In this document: in pieces, positions 20,701 through 30,700 of the stretch
Layout: every line of letters starts with the position of its first letter
How positions within the stretch are numbered: position 1 is the first letter of the stretch
Source: a virus
Reading direction: 5' to 3' (one strand)
IMG/VR virus record: IMGVR_UViG_3300027759_000002
Span: 32,001 to 96,000 of that record
Length of the DNA stretch: 64,000 nucleotides
The notes under the pieces: model-generated
Told to the model about the DNA's origin: nothing
The model's database searches: none
The model's input: only the letters and a program-made list of their open reading frames with translations
Position numbers and translations under genes: made by a program

Positions 20701-22011
20701 GGATTGTATTCAAGTAGTTCTTATGCTAATCCATCTTGGATAACAAGTCTTGCAAATACAAAAATTACTGGTACTATTGCAGACAGTCAATTAATTGATG
20801 CTGGTCCAGATGCAAATGCATACACATATGGCGCCGCATCAAAAATTGCTCAAGTTAAAGTTGATGGCAAAGGTAGAGTTACTGCCGTATCGAACGTTAC
20901 TATTTCTATCACCAAATCTCAGGTGTCGGACTTCCCAACATTGGCAAACTCAGCAACGATTGATACTACAAGTGCTGGTAACATCGACAAAGGTACATTG
21001 CCTGACGCTCGATTACCATCAACAGCAGTGTCAGCTGGTTCATATGGTGGTGCCGCTAAAGTTGGAACCTTTACTGTTGATGCAAAAGGTAGACTGACAG
21101 CTGCAGGTGATTCACAAATTTCTATTACAAAATCACAGATATCGGATTTCCCAACTATTACCGATACAACCAACGCAAGCAATATTTCATCCGGAACATT
21201 GGCAGATGCAAGACTACCTACAGGTTTGGCAAAACTAGCCGGAGCAGCATTTACTGGTGAGACTACAGTATCGGGTACAGGTAAGGTTACATTGGCACTT
21301 TCGGGTGATATCACCGCATATAGAACTGGTGGTACAACTGGTGTTCTTTATTTAAATAGTGCCCAAAATAGATATCTTTTTAATGATGGTACGAAATATT
21401 ATTTAAATGGCCAAGGTTTGGTTGTTAATGGTGCAGATGTATTAAATACAAGTGATACTTTTGATATTACAGGAACACGCAATCATAAGTCTGGATCTCC
21501 TACAGGTACAGCTAGTCAAGCGGGTACGTTGGTTGTTTATGGTAATAATGGTAATATAGGTACAAACCACGCCACCATGTCGTTTCATAGACCAGGTTCA
21601 TTTGCGATTAATATGGGACTGGACAATGATAACGTCTTTAGAATTGGTGGATGGTCCGATGGTTTAAATACATATAGAATGACATTAGATACTGTTGGTA
21701 ATGCAGTGTTTAGAAACAACGTTACTGCTTACTCTGATGCAAGATTAAAAACAAATGTCGAAACAATTACAAATGCTTTAGACACTGTATCAAAAATGCG
21801 TGGTGTTACTTATGAAAGAATTGATTCTGGCACAAAAGGTGTTGGTGTTATTGCACAAGAAATGAAAGAAGTATTACCTGAAGTTGTTATGGAAGCCGCA
21901 AGTGATGATGAGTTTATGTCAGTATCTTATGGTAACATTGTTGGTGTTTTGATTGAAGCAATTAAAGAACTTAAAGCAGAAATTGAAGTATTAAAAGGAC
22001 AGATTAAATGA
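17782..22011 (+). CDS. long tail fibre with C-terminal intramolecular chaperone (peptidase S74-like)
   Basis: C-terminal YSDARLKTNVETITNALDTVSKMRGVTY..GVIAQE..VLPEVV..VSYGNIVGVLIEAIKEL. Internal VDAKGR repeats and 22-aa QANSSVNT repeats. Confidence 0.85.
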   Translation: MANTVTTLSYANTFGHWLTATSALIAENNVLAKDNYVKDSGTIYLSEGTLNALQSNGNVIIQKVLSVQGVGSSATIQNDLTVQRQGLFTNTELSLSTSGSANIANVLNVLGSGFGLKVANNARVAGDLYVGGNLDLNILEARQKVNTSTLSVTGTTYTSKLQSNNQIVTDVISANSSIYTSRLQANTSITTTEIQANTIVNAASFSATTGIYGNLLQANSSVNTANASIVHTLYANRVQANSSVNTANASITGTVYTKNLLANSFISSSNIIASNVITTNTLSANIAIYTVDQYSTNTAYANLFYANTVYLQNNIVTVGNTNSTSFFASANITTPTLHSINSFGDYLTANLHIYTPSIDVEGTTLTQFLQANSSMNTSNSSVVNTSWTKNLIANTLITTAAIAVTGKTHTNTLQANTSANTETLSVTQRALIDQVQANTSVNTQILSVSTTAFANRLEANSIVYTPLLNVTGNTFTNRLQSNISVNTATMSVTQKIDANNASVFVNNLQTVGQLSVGGNFVINGTTIYNSNVFTLNAGSNEGLISSIDINRGVTGANASLRWNETNKNFDILNVTNGNYYRIITDQYVSDALDQTAAQAASSTAANTLNTKITTANTFLQGRIDSSDKFANAAFVRANSSYTSQNTTASFANAAFRHANAAYESANNVAPQVAPAFAQANAAFDKANTTVATIKGTTGFVTANVAGITLKSNNGIVIFATNDNGTGNTLSISTSQDLTTTGSPTFAAISLTTPLQVGQGGTGTSSYASLFGLTVTAAAGSGAAGKVLGTDGSGGYSWVTGGTGGGGGTQPGSRISSSRLSYTGDSLTTKFTTPTFSVGTQLRTYINGVRQLESEYNAFTSNSIIQFTSAPVTGDKILVEVDGYAVYEYFANNIVYGPVSGDMSGATIQDAIDNLETRKMPKIGGTFTGRVDGLTMPITTSNTHFATTAFVNNLANAGYTLTSSITGNAGTVTNGLYSSSSYANPSWITSLANTKITGTIADSQLIDAGPDANAYTYGAASKIAQVKVDGKGRVTAVSNVTISITKSQVSDFPTLANSATIDTTSAGNIDKGTLPDARLPSTAVSAGSYGGAAKVGTFTVDAKGRLTAAGDSQISITKSQISDFPTITDTTNASNISSGTLADARLPTGLAKLAGAAFTGETTVSGTGKVTLALSGDITAYRTGGTTGVLYLNSAQNRYLFNDGTKYYLNGQGLVVNGADVLNTSDTFDITGTRNHKSGSPTGTASQAGTLVVYGNNGNIGTNHATMSFHRPGSFAINMGLDNDNVFRIGGWSDGLNTYRMTLDTVGNAVFRNNVTAYSDARLKTNVETITNALDTVSKMRGVTYERIDSGTKGVGVIAQEMKEVLPEVVMEAASDDEFMSVSYGNIVGVLIEAIKELKAEIEVLKGQIK

Positions 22012-23000
22012 CAACAAAGATAACGCCATCAGTACTGGCAAACACAGCAGTCACTGCTGGTACTTATGGTGATGCCACACAAATACCAACAATAGTTACT
22101 GATGCTCAAGGTAGAATTACATCAGCGTCACAACAGGCTGTTGCAATAACTACAAGTCAAGTAACATCTGGTACATTTGTTGATGCTAGATTCATTAATA
22201 CTGGCGTATCTGCAACAGGTTATGGTACAGCAAGTTCTGTTCCAAAATTTAACGTAGATGCAAAAGGCAGAATTACTAGTGTGGTTAACACTGCAATTCA
22301 AATTGCAACTTCACAGATTACTGGTTATCCAACCTTTGTTGCATCAGCAACCACGGATACTACAGTTGCTGATAACATTACATCAGGTACGTTACCTGCG
22401 GCCAGATTACCAACAACAGCAGTAACAATTGGTACATATGGTTCCTCAGCTGGTTCCGCATACTCAAGATTTGTAGTAGATTCTTATGGTAGAATTACAT
22501 CAGCAGCTAACGTTACAATATCAATATCATCTGCACAAGTTACTGGTTTGGCCACATCAGCAACAACAGACACAACAGATGCAGCTAATATAAACGCAGG
22601 TTTTTTACCATCAGCTAGACTAACTATAACAGGTGTAACGGCTGGTTCATATGGGTCACAATCTTTTGTGCCAAGATTCACCGTTGATAACAGAGGTAGA
22701 CTTACTTCAGCAAACAATATCGCAATTTTAATTAATGCATCAGCTGTTGCAGGTTTAGCTTCAGTGGCCACATCAGGTTCTTACTTTGATTTATCAGATA
22801 AACCTTCTATTCCTACCACAATAAATACATTAACCACTGGTTATCCGATTGGTTCAATTTACATGAACGGATTGAACAGTGCTAATCCGAATACATTGTT
22901 TGGTTTTGGTACCTGGGTAGCAGTTACCAACACAGCCTTTGGCACAGCCAATACAACACCAGACATTGATCCATTATATGTTTGGATGCGAACCGAATAA
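22008..23000 (+). CDS. fibre protein with G.YG..VD..GRIT repeats and gp10-C-terminal-like end
   Basis: Four G.YG...VD..GR(I/L)TS repeats. C-terminal YPIGSIYMN..NPNTLFGFGTWV motif. Confidence 0.7.
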   Translation: MTTKITPSVLANTAVTAGTYGDATQIPTIVTDAQGRITSASQQAVAITTSQVTSGTFVDARFINTGVSATGYGTASSVPKFNVDAKGRITSVVNTAIQIATSQITGYPTFVASATTDTTVADNITSGTLPAARLPTTAVTIGTYGSSAGSAYSRFVVDSYGRITSAANVTISISSAQVTGLATSATTDTTDAANINAGFLPSARLTITGVTAGSYGSQSFVPRFTVDNRGRLTSANNIAILINASAVAGLASVATSGSYFDLSDKPSIPTTINTLTTGYPIGSIYMNGLNSANPNTLFGFGTWVAVTNTAFGTANTTPDIDPLYVWMRTE

Positions 23001-23002
23001 CT

Positions 23003-23010
23003 GATAAATA
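23003..23010 (+). promoter_or_regulatory. T4-type late promoter (GATAAATA)
   Basis: Intergenic consensus match upstream of 23030. Confidence 0.6.
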
Positions 23011-23029
23011 CCTCTAAAGGGGTTAAAAA

Positions 23030-23371
23030 ATGCCAGCAGGTTATCAAGAATTATTTTTAGAACAAGGTTCAAGCTTCAACACATCAGTAGCATTGGATGA
23101 GGCTGACGGTACACCTTTTCAATTAGTTAATTGCCAAATTAAAGCTGTGATGAAAAAATCTTATTATTCAAGTAACACAACAGCGCAATTTGTTATAACC
23201 ATCAATGATCCAACTGAAGGTATCATGGTTATGTCTTTACCATATGCAAACACAGCAAATATTTCTGCTGGTAGATATGTATATGATGTTGTTATAAAAG
23301 ATTCTTCTAACAATGTTACGAGAGTCTTAGAAGGAATTGTGAACGTGTTACCTCAAGTTACTGTATTTTAA
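23030..23371 (+). CDS. conserved small virion protein (Ig-like beta sandwich, BppU-N-like)
   Basis: ELFLEQGSSF..MKKSYYS..GRYVYDVVI..RVLEGIVNVLPQVT pattern, common before fibre genes of T4-like aquatic phages. Confidence 0.6.
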   Translation: MPAGYQELFLEQGSSFNTSVALDEADGTPFQLVNCQIKAVMKKSYYSSNTTAQFVITINDPTEGIMVMSLPYANTANISAGRYVYDVVIKDSSNNVTRVLEGIVNVLPQVTVF

Positions 23372-23380
23372 AGGAACATC

Positions 23381-23914
23381 ATGCCAACAGTAACAGTTAG
23401 ACAACCAGCAACCGTTAGGGTAAGAATAGAAGGACAAAAATCAAGGGTCAAAACTCTATCTTACGGTACACAAACACTCAGAAGTTTAACAGACTTATCA
23501 TTAACTGGTGCAAACACCGGTGATGTGATAATTTATAACTCAGAGACAAAAACATTTAGTGCCAAAGGCCTTGGTACCGATACACCAATTCATGGTAATT
23601 TAATACCAACAGAGTCAAGAACATTCGACCTTGGTAGCAGAACAAGAAAGTTCCGAAGTCTTTACCTAAGTGGTAACACTATTGACTTGGATGGTACAGT
23701 CATTAAAGCCGAAGCAACAACTGGTGCGCTTTCATTTTCAGCTGCGCCGACAGCAGCAAATCCTAATCCTATTGCGCTTGTTGTATCACCAGTTGGTGGT
23801 CTTACACCAGTACAAACCATTGCTGGTGTAATTCCAGAAGAAGCAATTCAACGAGCAGTGGCAAACTCTATAACTTATTTGGCATTCCAGGGTGTTGATA
23901 TGGGTTTCTTTTGA
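23381..23914 (+). CDS. hypothetical fibre-associated protein
   Basis: LRSLTDL..GDVIIYN and FDLGSRTRKFRSLYLSG motifs. Ends DMGFF. Confidence 0.55.
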   Translation: MPTVTVRQPATVRVRIEGQKSRVKTLSYGTQTLRSLTDLSLTGANTGDVIIYNSETKTFSAKGLGTDTPIHGNLIPTESRTFDLGSRTRKFRSLYLSGNTIDLDGTVIKAEATTGALSFSAAPTAANPNPIALVVSPVGGLTPVQTIAGVIPEEAIQRAVANSITYLAFQGVDMGFF

Positions 23915-23922
23915 GATAAGTT

Positions 23923-24153
23923 ATGGCAGGATCAAATACAACAATTCAAATACTGCGTTCTTACGCAAATACGGCACCAAGTAATTTGGCTGACGGAGAA
24001 TTAGCATTTTCTTTTGTTTCCAACACTCTTTTTATTGGTAGTACCACATTAAATGTAGAAACTCAGTTGTGGAGCAATAATATTGTTAGTATAGGCGGAC
24101 CGGAGTACATTGCTAATGCAATTAGTATAATTGATGCAGGCAATTTTTCATAA
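23923..24153 (+). CDS. small Mtd-N-like (IQILRS..GELAF) protein
   Basis: TIQILRS..PSNLADGELAFS..LFIG. Ends DAGNFS. Confidence 0.6.
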   Translation: MAGSNTTIQILRSYANTAPSNLADGELAFSFVSNTLFIGSTTLNVETQLWSNNIVSIGGPEYIANAISIIDAGNFS

Positions 24154-24156
24154 ATA
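24149..24156 (+). promoter_or_regulatory. T4-type late promoter (CATAAATA)
   Basis: Consensus match overlapping the stop codon, upstream of 24199. Confidence 0.55.
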
Positions 24157-24198
24157 GATATAGGATTTAAATCCAACTAATCAAAAAGGATAATAATA

Positions 24199-26112
24199 AT
24201 GGCCATCGGAAACACCTCAATTCTAATCAAGCGTTCCACCACGTTAGGCACACCAGTAAGCCTACAAGCCGGTGAACTTGGTTATTCATACCTTTCAAAT
24301 ACCATTTTCATTGGTTCACCATCTGGTACAGGTGTTGTTAATGTTGGTGGTCAATACTATACCTCACAGATTGATGCAGCTACCAGTTCAAATACTGTAA
24401 GCACCATAGTTAAACGTGACGCATCTGGTAACGTTTTCTTAGGCCACGCAAACGTCAGAAGTATTAGTTTCTCTGATGGCGGCGTATTAAGTACTGGCGC
24501 TTTCTCAGGTAACGCAAACTCTGCAACACAATTTCAAACAGACAGATTTATTAATGTTACTGGTGGTGACATTACTGCTTCTGCACAGTTGTTTAATGGT
24601 ACTGCAAATGCAACATTAAGTGCATCACTTAACACTATTGCTGGTCTAACCGCTGGTGTTTATGGTGGTACATCTAACATACCAGTTGTTACTGTTGCTG
24701 CAAATGGTCGTATCATGTCCATTGCTAATACAAGTATCGCCACAGCATTGAGTATTGCTGGTGATACTGGTACAGATACAGTACACCTTGCAAATAACAC
24801 ATTGACCTTCATTGGTGGTGAAGGCATCACATCAGTAGTAACAGACAATGCAGTTTCTTTTAGTGTAGACACTACAGTTGTTCGTTCAAATACTGCATCA
24901 ATGAATCAAACGATTGATGGTAATATTACCATCAGCGGTAATCTTGCTGTTTTAGGTGATGTTACAAAATATGATGTAACAACATTGTCAACTGAAGATG
25001 CATTGATTGTTCTTGCGGCAAATAATGCAGGCGATGCAGTTGATATTGGTTTTGTTGGTTCATACAATGATGGTACGGCTCGTTCTGCTGGTTTGATTCG
25101 TCATGCTGGTGATGGTGCATATTACCTATTCGACAATTATACAGGTGATCCATCAAGTAACGTAATCAACGTTTCATCAGGAACCTTCCGCCAAGCAAAC
25201 TTGAAATCAAACTTAGTTGCTGCATGGGCAAACACAACAGTATTACAAGTTGGTACACTAACAGTTGCTGGTGCAACATCACTAAAATCATTAACATTAA
25301 CTGATGACCTAACAGTATCTAATGGTGGTACTGGCGCAAGTTCATTCACTGCTGGTTCTATCCTTGTTGGTGATGGTTCAAACTCATTAAAACTACTTGC
25401 TAATAGTACATATACCGAAACAGGTACTGGCGCACAAAATAACACCATTACTTCTGTAACTGTTGATGCATATGGTAGAACAACCGCTGCAACATTCAGT
25501 CAGATTTCTGGTCTAACAGTTGGCCAAGGTGGTACAGGACAAAGTACATTCAACGCAGGTCAGGTTGTTCTTGGTAACGGCACAGGTGGTCTAGTATCAC
25601 AAGCAAACGTTTCTGTTGTAAACGTAAACGTTGCAACATCAAACACAGTTAACAACATTACAACAGACGTATATGGTCGTGTAACAGGATTCACACAACA
25701 AGAAATTTCTGGTCTATCAGTTCCACAAGGCGGTACAGGTGCATCGACATTCACCGCTGGTAGAATGTTGGTTGGTAATGGCAACGGTGCAATTCAAGCA
25801 ATCGCTAACGTAACGTATGCATTGACTGGTACACTAGGTGCTGCTAAAACAATCACATCATTGACTGTTGATGCATACGGCCGTGTAAGTGCTGCGACTG
25901 CTGCTGATATTTCTGGTCTGACTGTAACACAAGGCGGTACTGGTGCTTCTACATTTACATCAAAGGGTATCGTATACGGCGATGGTTCAAATGCACTAGC
26001 TGTTACTGCTGCTGCAGGTTCATCCGACCAAACATGGTCTAATCAAATTCTTACAGTAACCAATGCAGGTGTTCCTATTTGGTCATCCGCTTTGGATGGA
26101 GGTCAATTCTAA
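24199..26112 (+). CDS. tail fibre protein with Mtd-N-like start and GGTG repeats
   Basis: ILIKRS..LQAGELGYS..IFIG N-terminus, repeated V..GGTGASTF..G.(V/L)L.G.G and VDAYGR units. Ends LDGGQF. Confidence 0.75.
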   Translation: MAIGNTSILIKRSTTLGTPVSLQAGELGYSYLSNTIFIGSPSGTGVVNVGGQYYTSQIDAATSSNTVSTIVKRDASGNVFLGHANVRSISFSDGGVLSTGAFSGNANSATQFQTDRFINVTGGDITASAQLFNGTANATLSASLNTIAGLTAGVYGGTSNIPVVTVAANGRIMSIANTSIATALSIAGDTGTDTVHLANNTLTFIGGEGITSVVTDNAVSFSVDTTVVRSNTASMNQTIDGNITISGNLAVLGDVTKYDVTTLSTEDALIVLAANNAGDAVDIGFVGSYNDGTARSAGLIRHAGDGAYYLFDNYTGDPSSNVINVSSGTFRQANLKSNLVAAWANTTVLQVGTLTVAGATSLKSLTLTDDLTVSNGGTGASSFTAGSILVGDGSNSLKLLANSTYTETGTGAQNNTITSVTVDAYGRTTAATFSQISGLTVGQGGTGQSTFNAGQVVLGNGTGGLVSQANVSVVNVNVATSNTVNNITTDVYGRVTGFTQQEISGLSVPQGGTGASTFTAGRMLVGNGNGAIQAIANVTYALTGTLGAAKTITSLTVDAYGRVSAATAADISGLTVTQGGTGASTFTSKGIVYGDGSNALAVTAAAGSSDQTWSNQILTVTNAGVPIWSSALDGGQF

Positions 26113-26158
26113 GCTGACTATATAATGTAATAGATTTTTTTTATGATAGGAGTTTGAT

Positions 26159-26884
26159 ATGGCAAATGAAAAGTATTTAAATTATTATATTGAAACATTA
26201 ACGGCAACAATGACAGATTGTGTTGTCCGAAATGTTTCAATGCAAGCGAATCAAAAAATTACTGATGAGGTTGTAAAAGAACAGAGTGAAAAAATTGAAG
26301 CATTGGCAAAATCCAATAATGAATTACAAACATTAATTGAACAATTGGAACAAACCAATGCATCAAATGAAAATAATGTTATACAAGATTTAAAAAACAA
26401 GTTAGCCGAAACCGAAAAACTTGTTTCTAAACAAAGTACCGACATTAATGAATTGACCAATAAACATCGTGTTGAACTTGAAGAATTAAACACAAAGTTT
26501 AGAGACTATGAAAGTGTTAAAAATCAAGCAACACATGTTGAAACGTTTAAAGGTGAATTGATTCGAGCCAGAGAAGAAACTAATAGAGTTCGTACAGAAC
26601 TTGAGAATAGAATCAACTCTATTAATTCCGAAAATACTGGAAAGATTGATGGCATTAATCAAGAAAATGAAAAGAATGTTAAACTGTTGATTCAGAAACA
26701 TGAAACTGAAAAAAGTAATTTAGATGATACGATTAAATTATTAACTGAAAAGATTGAATACTTACAACTACCTCCTGCCAAGCGAAAAAAAATTGAAGAA
26801 CAGCTGAATAAAGAAGTGGTACCAACTGCTATAACAAGTTTAGTTGGTGCTGATGGCGAACTCAAGGATGGCGGATCGTTTTAA
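26159..26884 (+). CDS. charged coiled-coil protein
   Basis: E/K/N-rich heptads over most of its length. Strong AGGAG RBS. Ends DGGSF. Confidence 0.65.
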   Translation: MANEKYLNYYIETLTATMTDCVVRNVSMQANQKITDEVVKEQSEKIEALAKSNNELQTLIEQLEQTNASNENNVIQDLKNKLAETEKLVSKQSTDINELTNKHRVELEELNTKFRDYESVKNQATHVETFKGELIRAREETNRVRTELENRINSINSENTGKIDGINQENEKNVKLLIQKHETEKSNLDDTIKLLTEKIEYLQLPPAKRKKIEEQLNKEVVPTAITSLVGADGELKDGGSF

Positions 26885-26888
26885 GTAA

Positions 26889-27368
26889 ATGTCAAACACA
26901 GCAATACAGTTAAAAAAATCAGGCGTAACAGGAAACACACCATCAGGTCTTGCATTTGGTGAGGTCGCTCTTAACTACGCCGATGGAAAACTGTTTTATA
27001 AAAACAGTCTTGGTGGAACTTCATACATCTCCAACCAATTTTCGTTTGACACAATCAACTCAAACAGCTCCCTAATATTTGCGGGAAGTGGTTCGGACAC
27101 CTTGTCTTTCATTGCTGGTAATAATGTTACCATCAGCACAAATACAACCACAAAAACAATCACAATCAATGCATCGGTATCAGGTGGAAATGACCCTGGT
27201 CCTGCGTTTGACCGTGCCAACGCTGCATATGCAGCACAAAATACAACTGCATCGTTTGCTAATGCGGCGTTCACTCATGCTAATGCAGCTTATACCAAAG
27301 CTAATACAGGAACAACAGCACTAGACACTAACTCAGACATTGTTGCTTTCACTATCGCCTTTAGTTGA
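26889..27368 (+). CDS. Mtd-N-like short fibre protein
   Basis: AIQLKKS..PSGLAFGEVALNYADGKLFYK, short AN stalk, hydrophobic C-terminus VAFTIAFS. Confidence 0.65.
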   Translation: MSNTAIQLKKSGVTGNTPSGLAFGEVALNYADGKLFYKNSLGGTSYISNQFSFDTINSNSSLIFAGSGSDTLSFIAGNNVTISTNTTTKTITINASVSGGNDPGPAFDRANAAYAAQNTTASFANAAFTHANAAYTKANTGTTALDTNSDIVAFTIAFS

Positions 27369-27370
27369 TG

Positions 27371-27378
27371 AATAAATA
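27371..27378 (+). promoter_or_regulatory. T4-type late promoter (AATAAATA)
   Basis: Intergenic consensus match upstream of 27397. Confidence 0.5.
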
Positions 27379-27396
27379 AAGGATAAGGAAATTTAA

Positions 27397-27723
27397 ATGG
27401 CAAATACTTTTAAAAATCAACTACAAGCAGCAGTCGGAACATCACCTACAGCAATCTATACAGCTGGTGCCAATGTATCAACGACAGTCATTGGCATGAC
27501 TATAGCAAACATACTAAACACATCAATAACCGCAAACGTCATTTTAACTTCTGGTGGGTCGGACTATTATATGGTTAAGATGGCACCAATTGATCCAGGT
27601 AATTCTTTAATTACTATTGGTGGTGAACAAAAATTAGTAATGAGAGCCAATGATATACTAAAAGTCTCAACAAGTAATGCTTCAGCAGCTGATGTTATTG
27701 TGAGTCTATTGGAAATAACATAA
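27397..27723 (+). CDS. small beta-sandwich adaptor-like protein (MANTFKN class)
   Basis: 108 aa. IYT..TTVIGMTIAN..DV.VS.LEIT pattern shared with four other ~110-aa paralogues in this window. Confidence 0.65.
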   Translation: MANTFKNQLQAAVGTSPTAIYTAGANVSTTVIGMTIANILNTSITANVILTSGGSDYYMVKMAPIDPGNSLITIGGEQKLVMRANDILKVSTSNASAADVIVSLLEIT

Positions 27724-27724
27724 C

Positions 27725-30700
27725 ATGGAATTTACTTACATTGGCAATCAAGATAAGAAGGATGTAAGGTTAGCTGGTTCATTTGCTAATGGTGCATTTG
27801 TAACTGCTAACTCAGCAGCCTCTTTTGCCAATGCGGCTTTTGCTAGGGCCAACGCAGCCTATGCACAAGCAAATACTGGTGGAAACTTTACTGCATCACC
27901 AGTATCAGTTTATTCCGATGCGTTCACCGCTAATGGTGCAACATCAACATTTAATTTAAGTACAACACCATCAAGTGAAAACTATATAATTGCGGTAGTC
28001 GATGGTATTACTCAATTAAGAAGTACATATACTGTTACAGGTAATGTAGTTTACTTTGATACCACATTTGAAAATGGTGCCAATGTTGAGATAACAACTA
28101 TCACTGGCGGTGGTGCCGTAGATCCATATGCATCAAACACTGCCAATGCAGCGTATGCAACTGCTAATGCGGCCTTTTTGCAGGCCAACAATAGTTCCAC
28201 CGATACATGGGTAAGAACACAAGCTAACACGGCATACGATAAGGCCAACTCGGCAGCTTCGTTTGCCAATGGTTCTTTTGTAGTTGCCAACTCAACATCT
28301 ATATTTGCTAATGCATCTTTCGATAGAGCCAATGCTGCTTATGCACAGGCAAATAATTCTACTGATACGTGGGTAAGAAGTCAGGCTAATAATGCATTTG
28401 ATACGGCTAATTCATCAGCATCGTTTGCCAATGCGTCCTTTGTAACCGCTAATGCATCATATCTTTCACAAAACACTACTGCAATCTTTTCTAATGCAGC
28501 CTTTGACCGTGCTAATGCGGCCTACGCACAGGCTAATAATTCAACAGATACTTGGGTAAGAGGTCAGGCTAATAATTCATACGATAAAGCCAATAGTGCT
28601 GGCAGTTTTGCTAATGGTGCATTTGTAACTGCTAACTCAGCAGCAAGTTTTGCTAACGGAGCATTCACAACATCCAATACAGCTGATAGTAAAGCAACAA
28701 GTGCTGGTTCATTTGCTAATGGTGCATTTGATAGAGCAAACTCCAGTTATACTACGGCAAATTCAGGTTCTAGTTTTGCTAATTCATCTTTTGTAACAGC
28801 CAATGCGGCAGCATCATTTGCTAATGGTGCATTTACACAAGCCAATACCGGTGTAACAATATCTAGTTTGGCTTTTAACCATGCTAATGCAGCCTATGCA
28901 CAAGCAAATACATCTGGTGGTGCGGACACTTTTGCGAGAGCACAAGCAAATGCGGCTTTTAGTACAGCCAATTTAGCATACAGTACAATTATTACAGCCA
29001 GTAATACAGCGGCATTGTATTATATCACCAGAAATTTTATTGGTGATGGTAACACAAACAACTTTTCAATTTCATCCAATACATCTGCGAATAGTATTCT
29101 TGTTTTTGATAATGGTATTACACAGAATCCAATAACGGACTATAGTGTAACAGGAAACACAATCATCTTTGTGGATACTCCAGCAAATGGAACAATAATT
29201 CAAGTACGTGAATTATTAAGTAATGTTCCTGTTGTTACTGATAATTCCAATTCAGCATTTAACAGAGCCAATTCATCATATTCAACGGCCAATGCAGCCT
29301 TTAATGCAGCCAATAACTCTACTGATACTTGGGTAAGAGGTCAGGCTAATAATGCATTTGCTGCAGCCAATTCATCCGGTAATTTTGCAAATGCATCTTT
29401 CATAACCTCCAATTCAGCCGCTGTATTTGCTAATGGTGCCTTCGATAAGGCAAATGCAGCCTTTAATGCGGCCAATAATTCCACCGATACTTGGGTCAGA
29501 ACACAAGCAAACACAGCATACACGGCAGCTAACTCAGCGGCCAGTTTTGCTAACGGTGCTTTTGTACAGGCAAACAATGCAGGTTCATTTGCTAATGGTG
29601 CTTTTGTTGGCGCCAATGCAGCTGCTTCATTCGCTAATGGTGCATTTGACCGTGCGAATTCTAGTTACGGAGTTGCAAATACTGGTTCTAGTTTTGCCAA
29701 TGGTGCATTTGTTGTTGCCAACTCAGCAGCCAGTTTTGCAAATGCATCCTTTATAGTTGCAAACTCAGCAGCATCATTTGCTAATGGTGCTTTTGTAACT
29801 GCTAATGCTTCTTACACATCACAAAATATAACTGCTGGATTTGCTAATGCATCTTATACAACAGCAAATGCAGTTTATGTATCTCAAAATATAACGGCCG
29901 GATTGGCCAATGCATCTTTTGTAACAGCTAATGCATCCTATACAGCACAAAATACTACTGCATCATTTGCTAATGGTGCTTTTGTAACTGCTAATGCATC
30001 ATATGTTGCACAGAATATCACGGCAGGTTTTGCTAATGCTGCATTTGTAACAGCTAATGCTTCTTATGCATCTCAGAATACTACAGCATCATTCGCTAAC
30101 GGTGCCTTCATAACTGCTAATGCATCTTACACATCACAAAACACCACGGCATCATTTGCTAACAGTGCCTTTGTAACTGCTAACGCAGCCTTTAATGCAG
30201 CCAACACCGGCAGTGCAGATGCATATGCAAGAAGTACAGCCAATGCAGCTTTCGTTACCGCAAACTTAGCATACAGTACAATTATTACAGCCAGTAATAC
30301 AGCTTCAGTTTATTATATAACCAGAAATTTTACTGGTGATGGTAACACGAATACATTTTCAATTTCATCTAACACAACTGCAAATAGTATACTTGTTTTT
30401 GATAATGGTATTACACAAAATCCACTAACAGATTATAGTGTAACAGGAAATACTATTACTTTTGTGGATACTCCAGCAAATGGAACAATAATTCAAGTAC
30501 GTGAATTATTAAGTAATGTTCCTGTTGTTACAGACAACTCCAATTCTGCTTTTGTTAGAGCAAACTCCGCATATGCAACAGCAAATGCTGCCTTCTTACA
30601 AGCCAATAATTCTACTGATAGTTGGGTAAGAACTCAAGCTAATAATGCATATGATAAGGCCAATAGTGCTGGCAGTTTTGCTAATGGTGCCTTCATAACT

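Noticed and set aside
26113-26158. TATAAT at 26121-26126 as a sigma70 promoter
   Set aside because: No acceptable -35 hexamer at 16-18 bp spacing, and the context is AT-rich.
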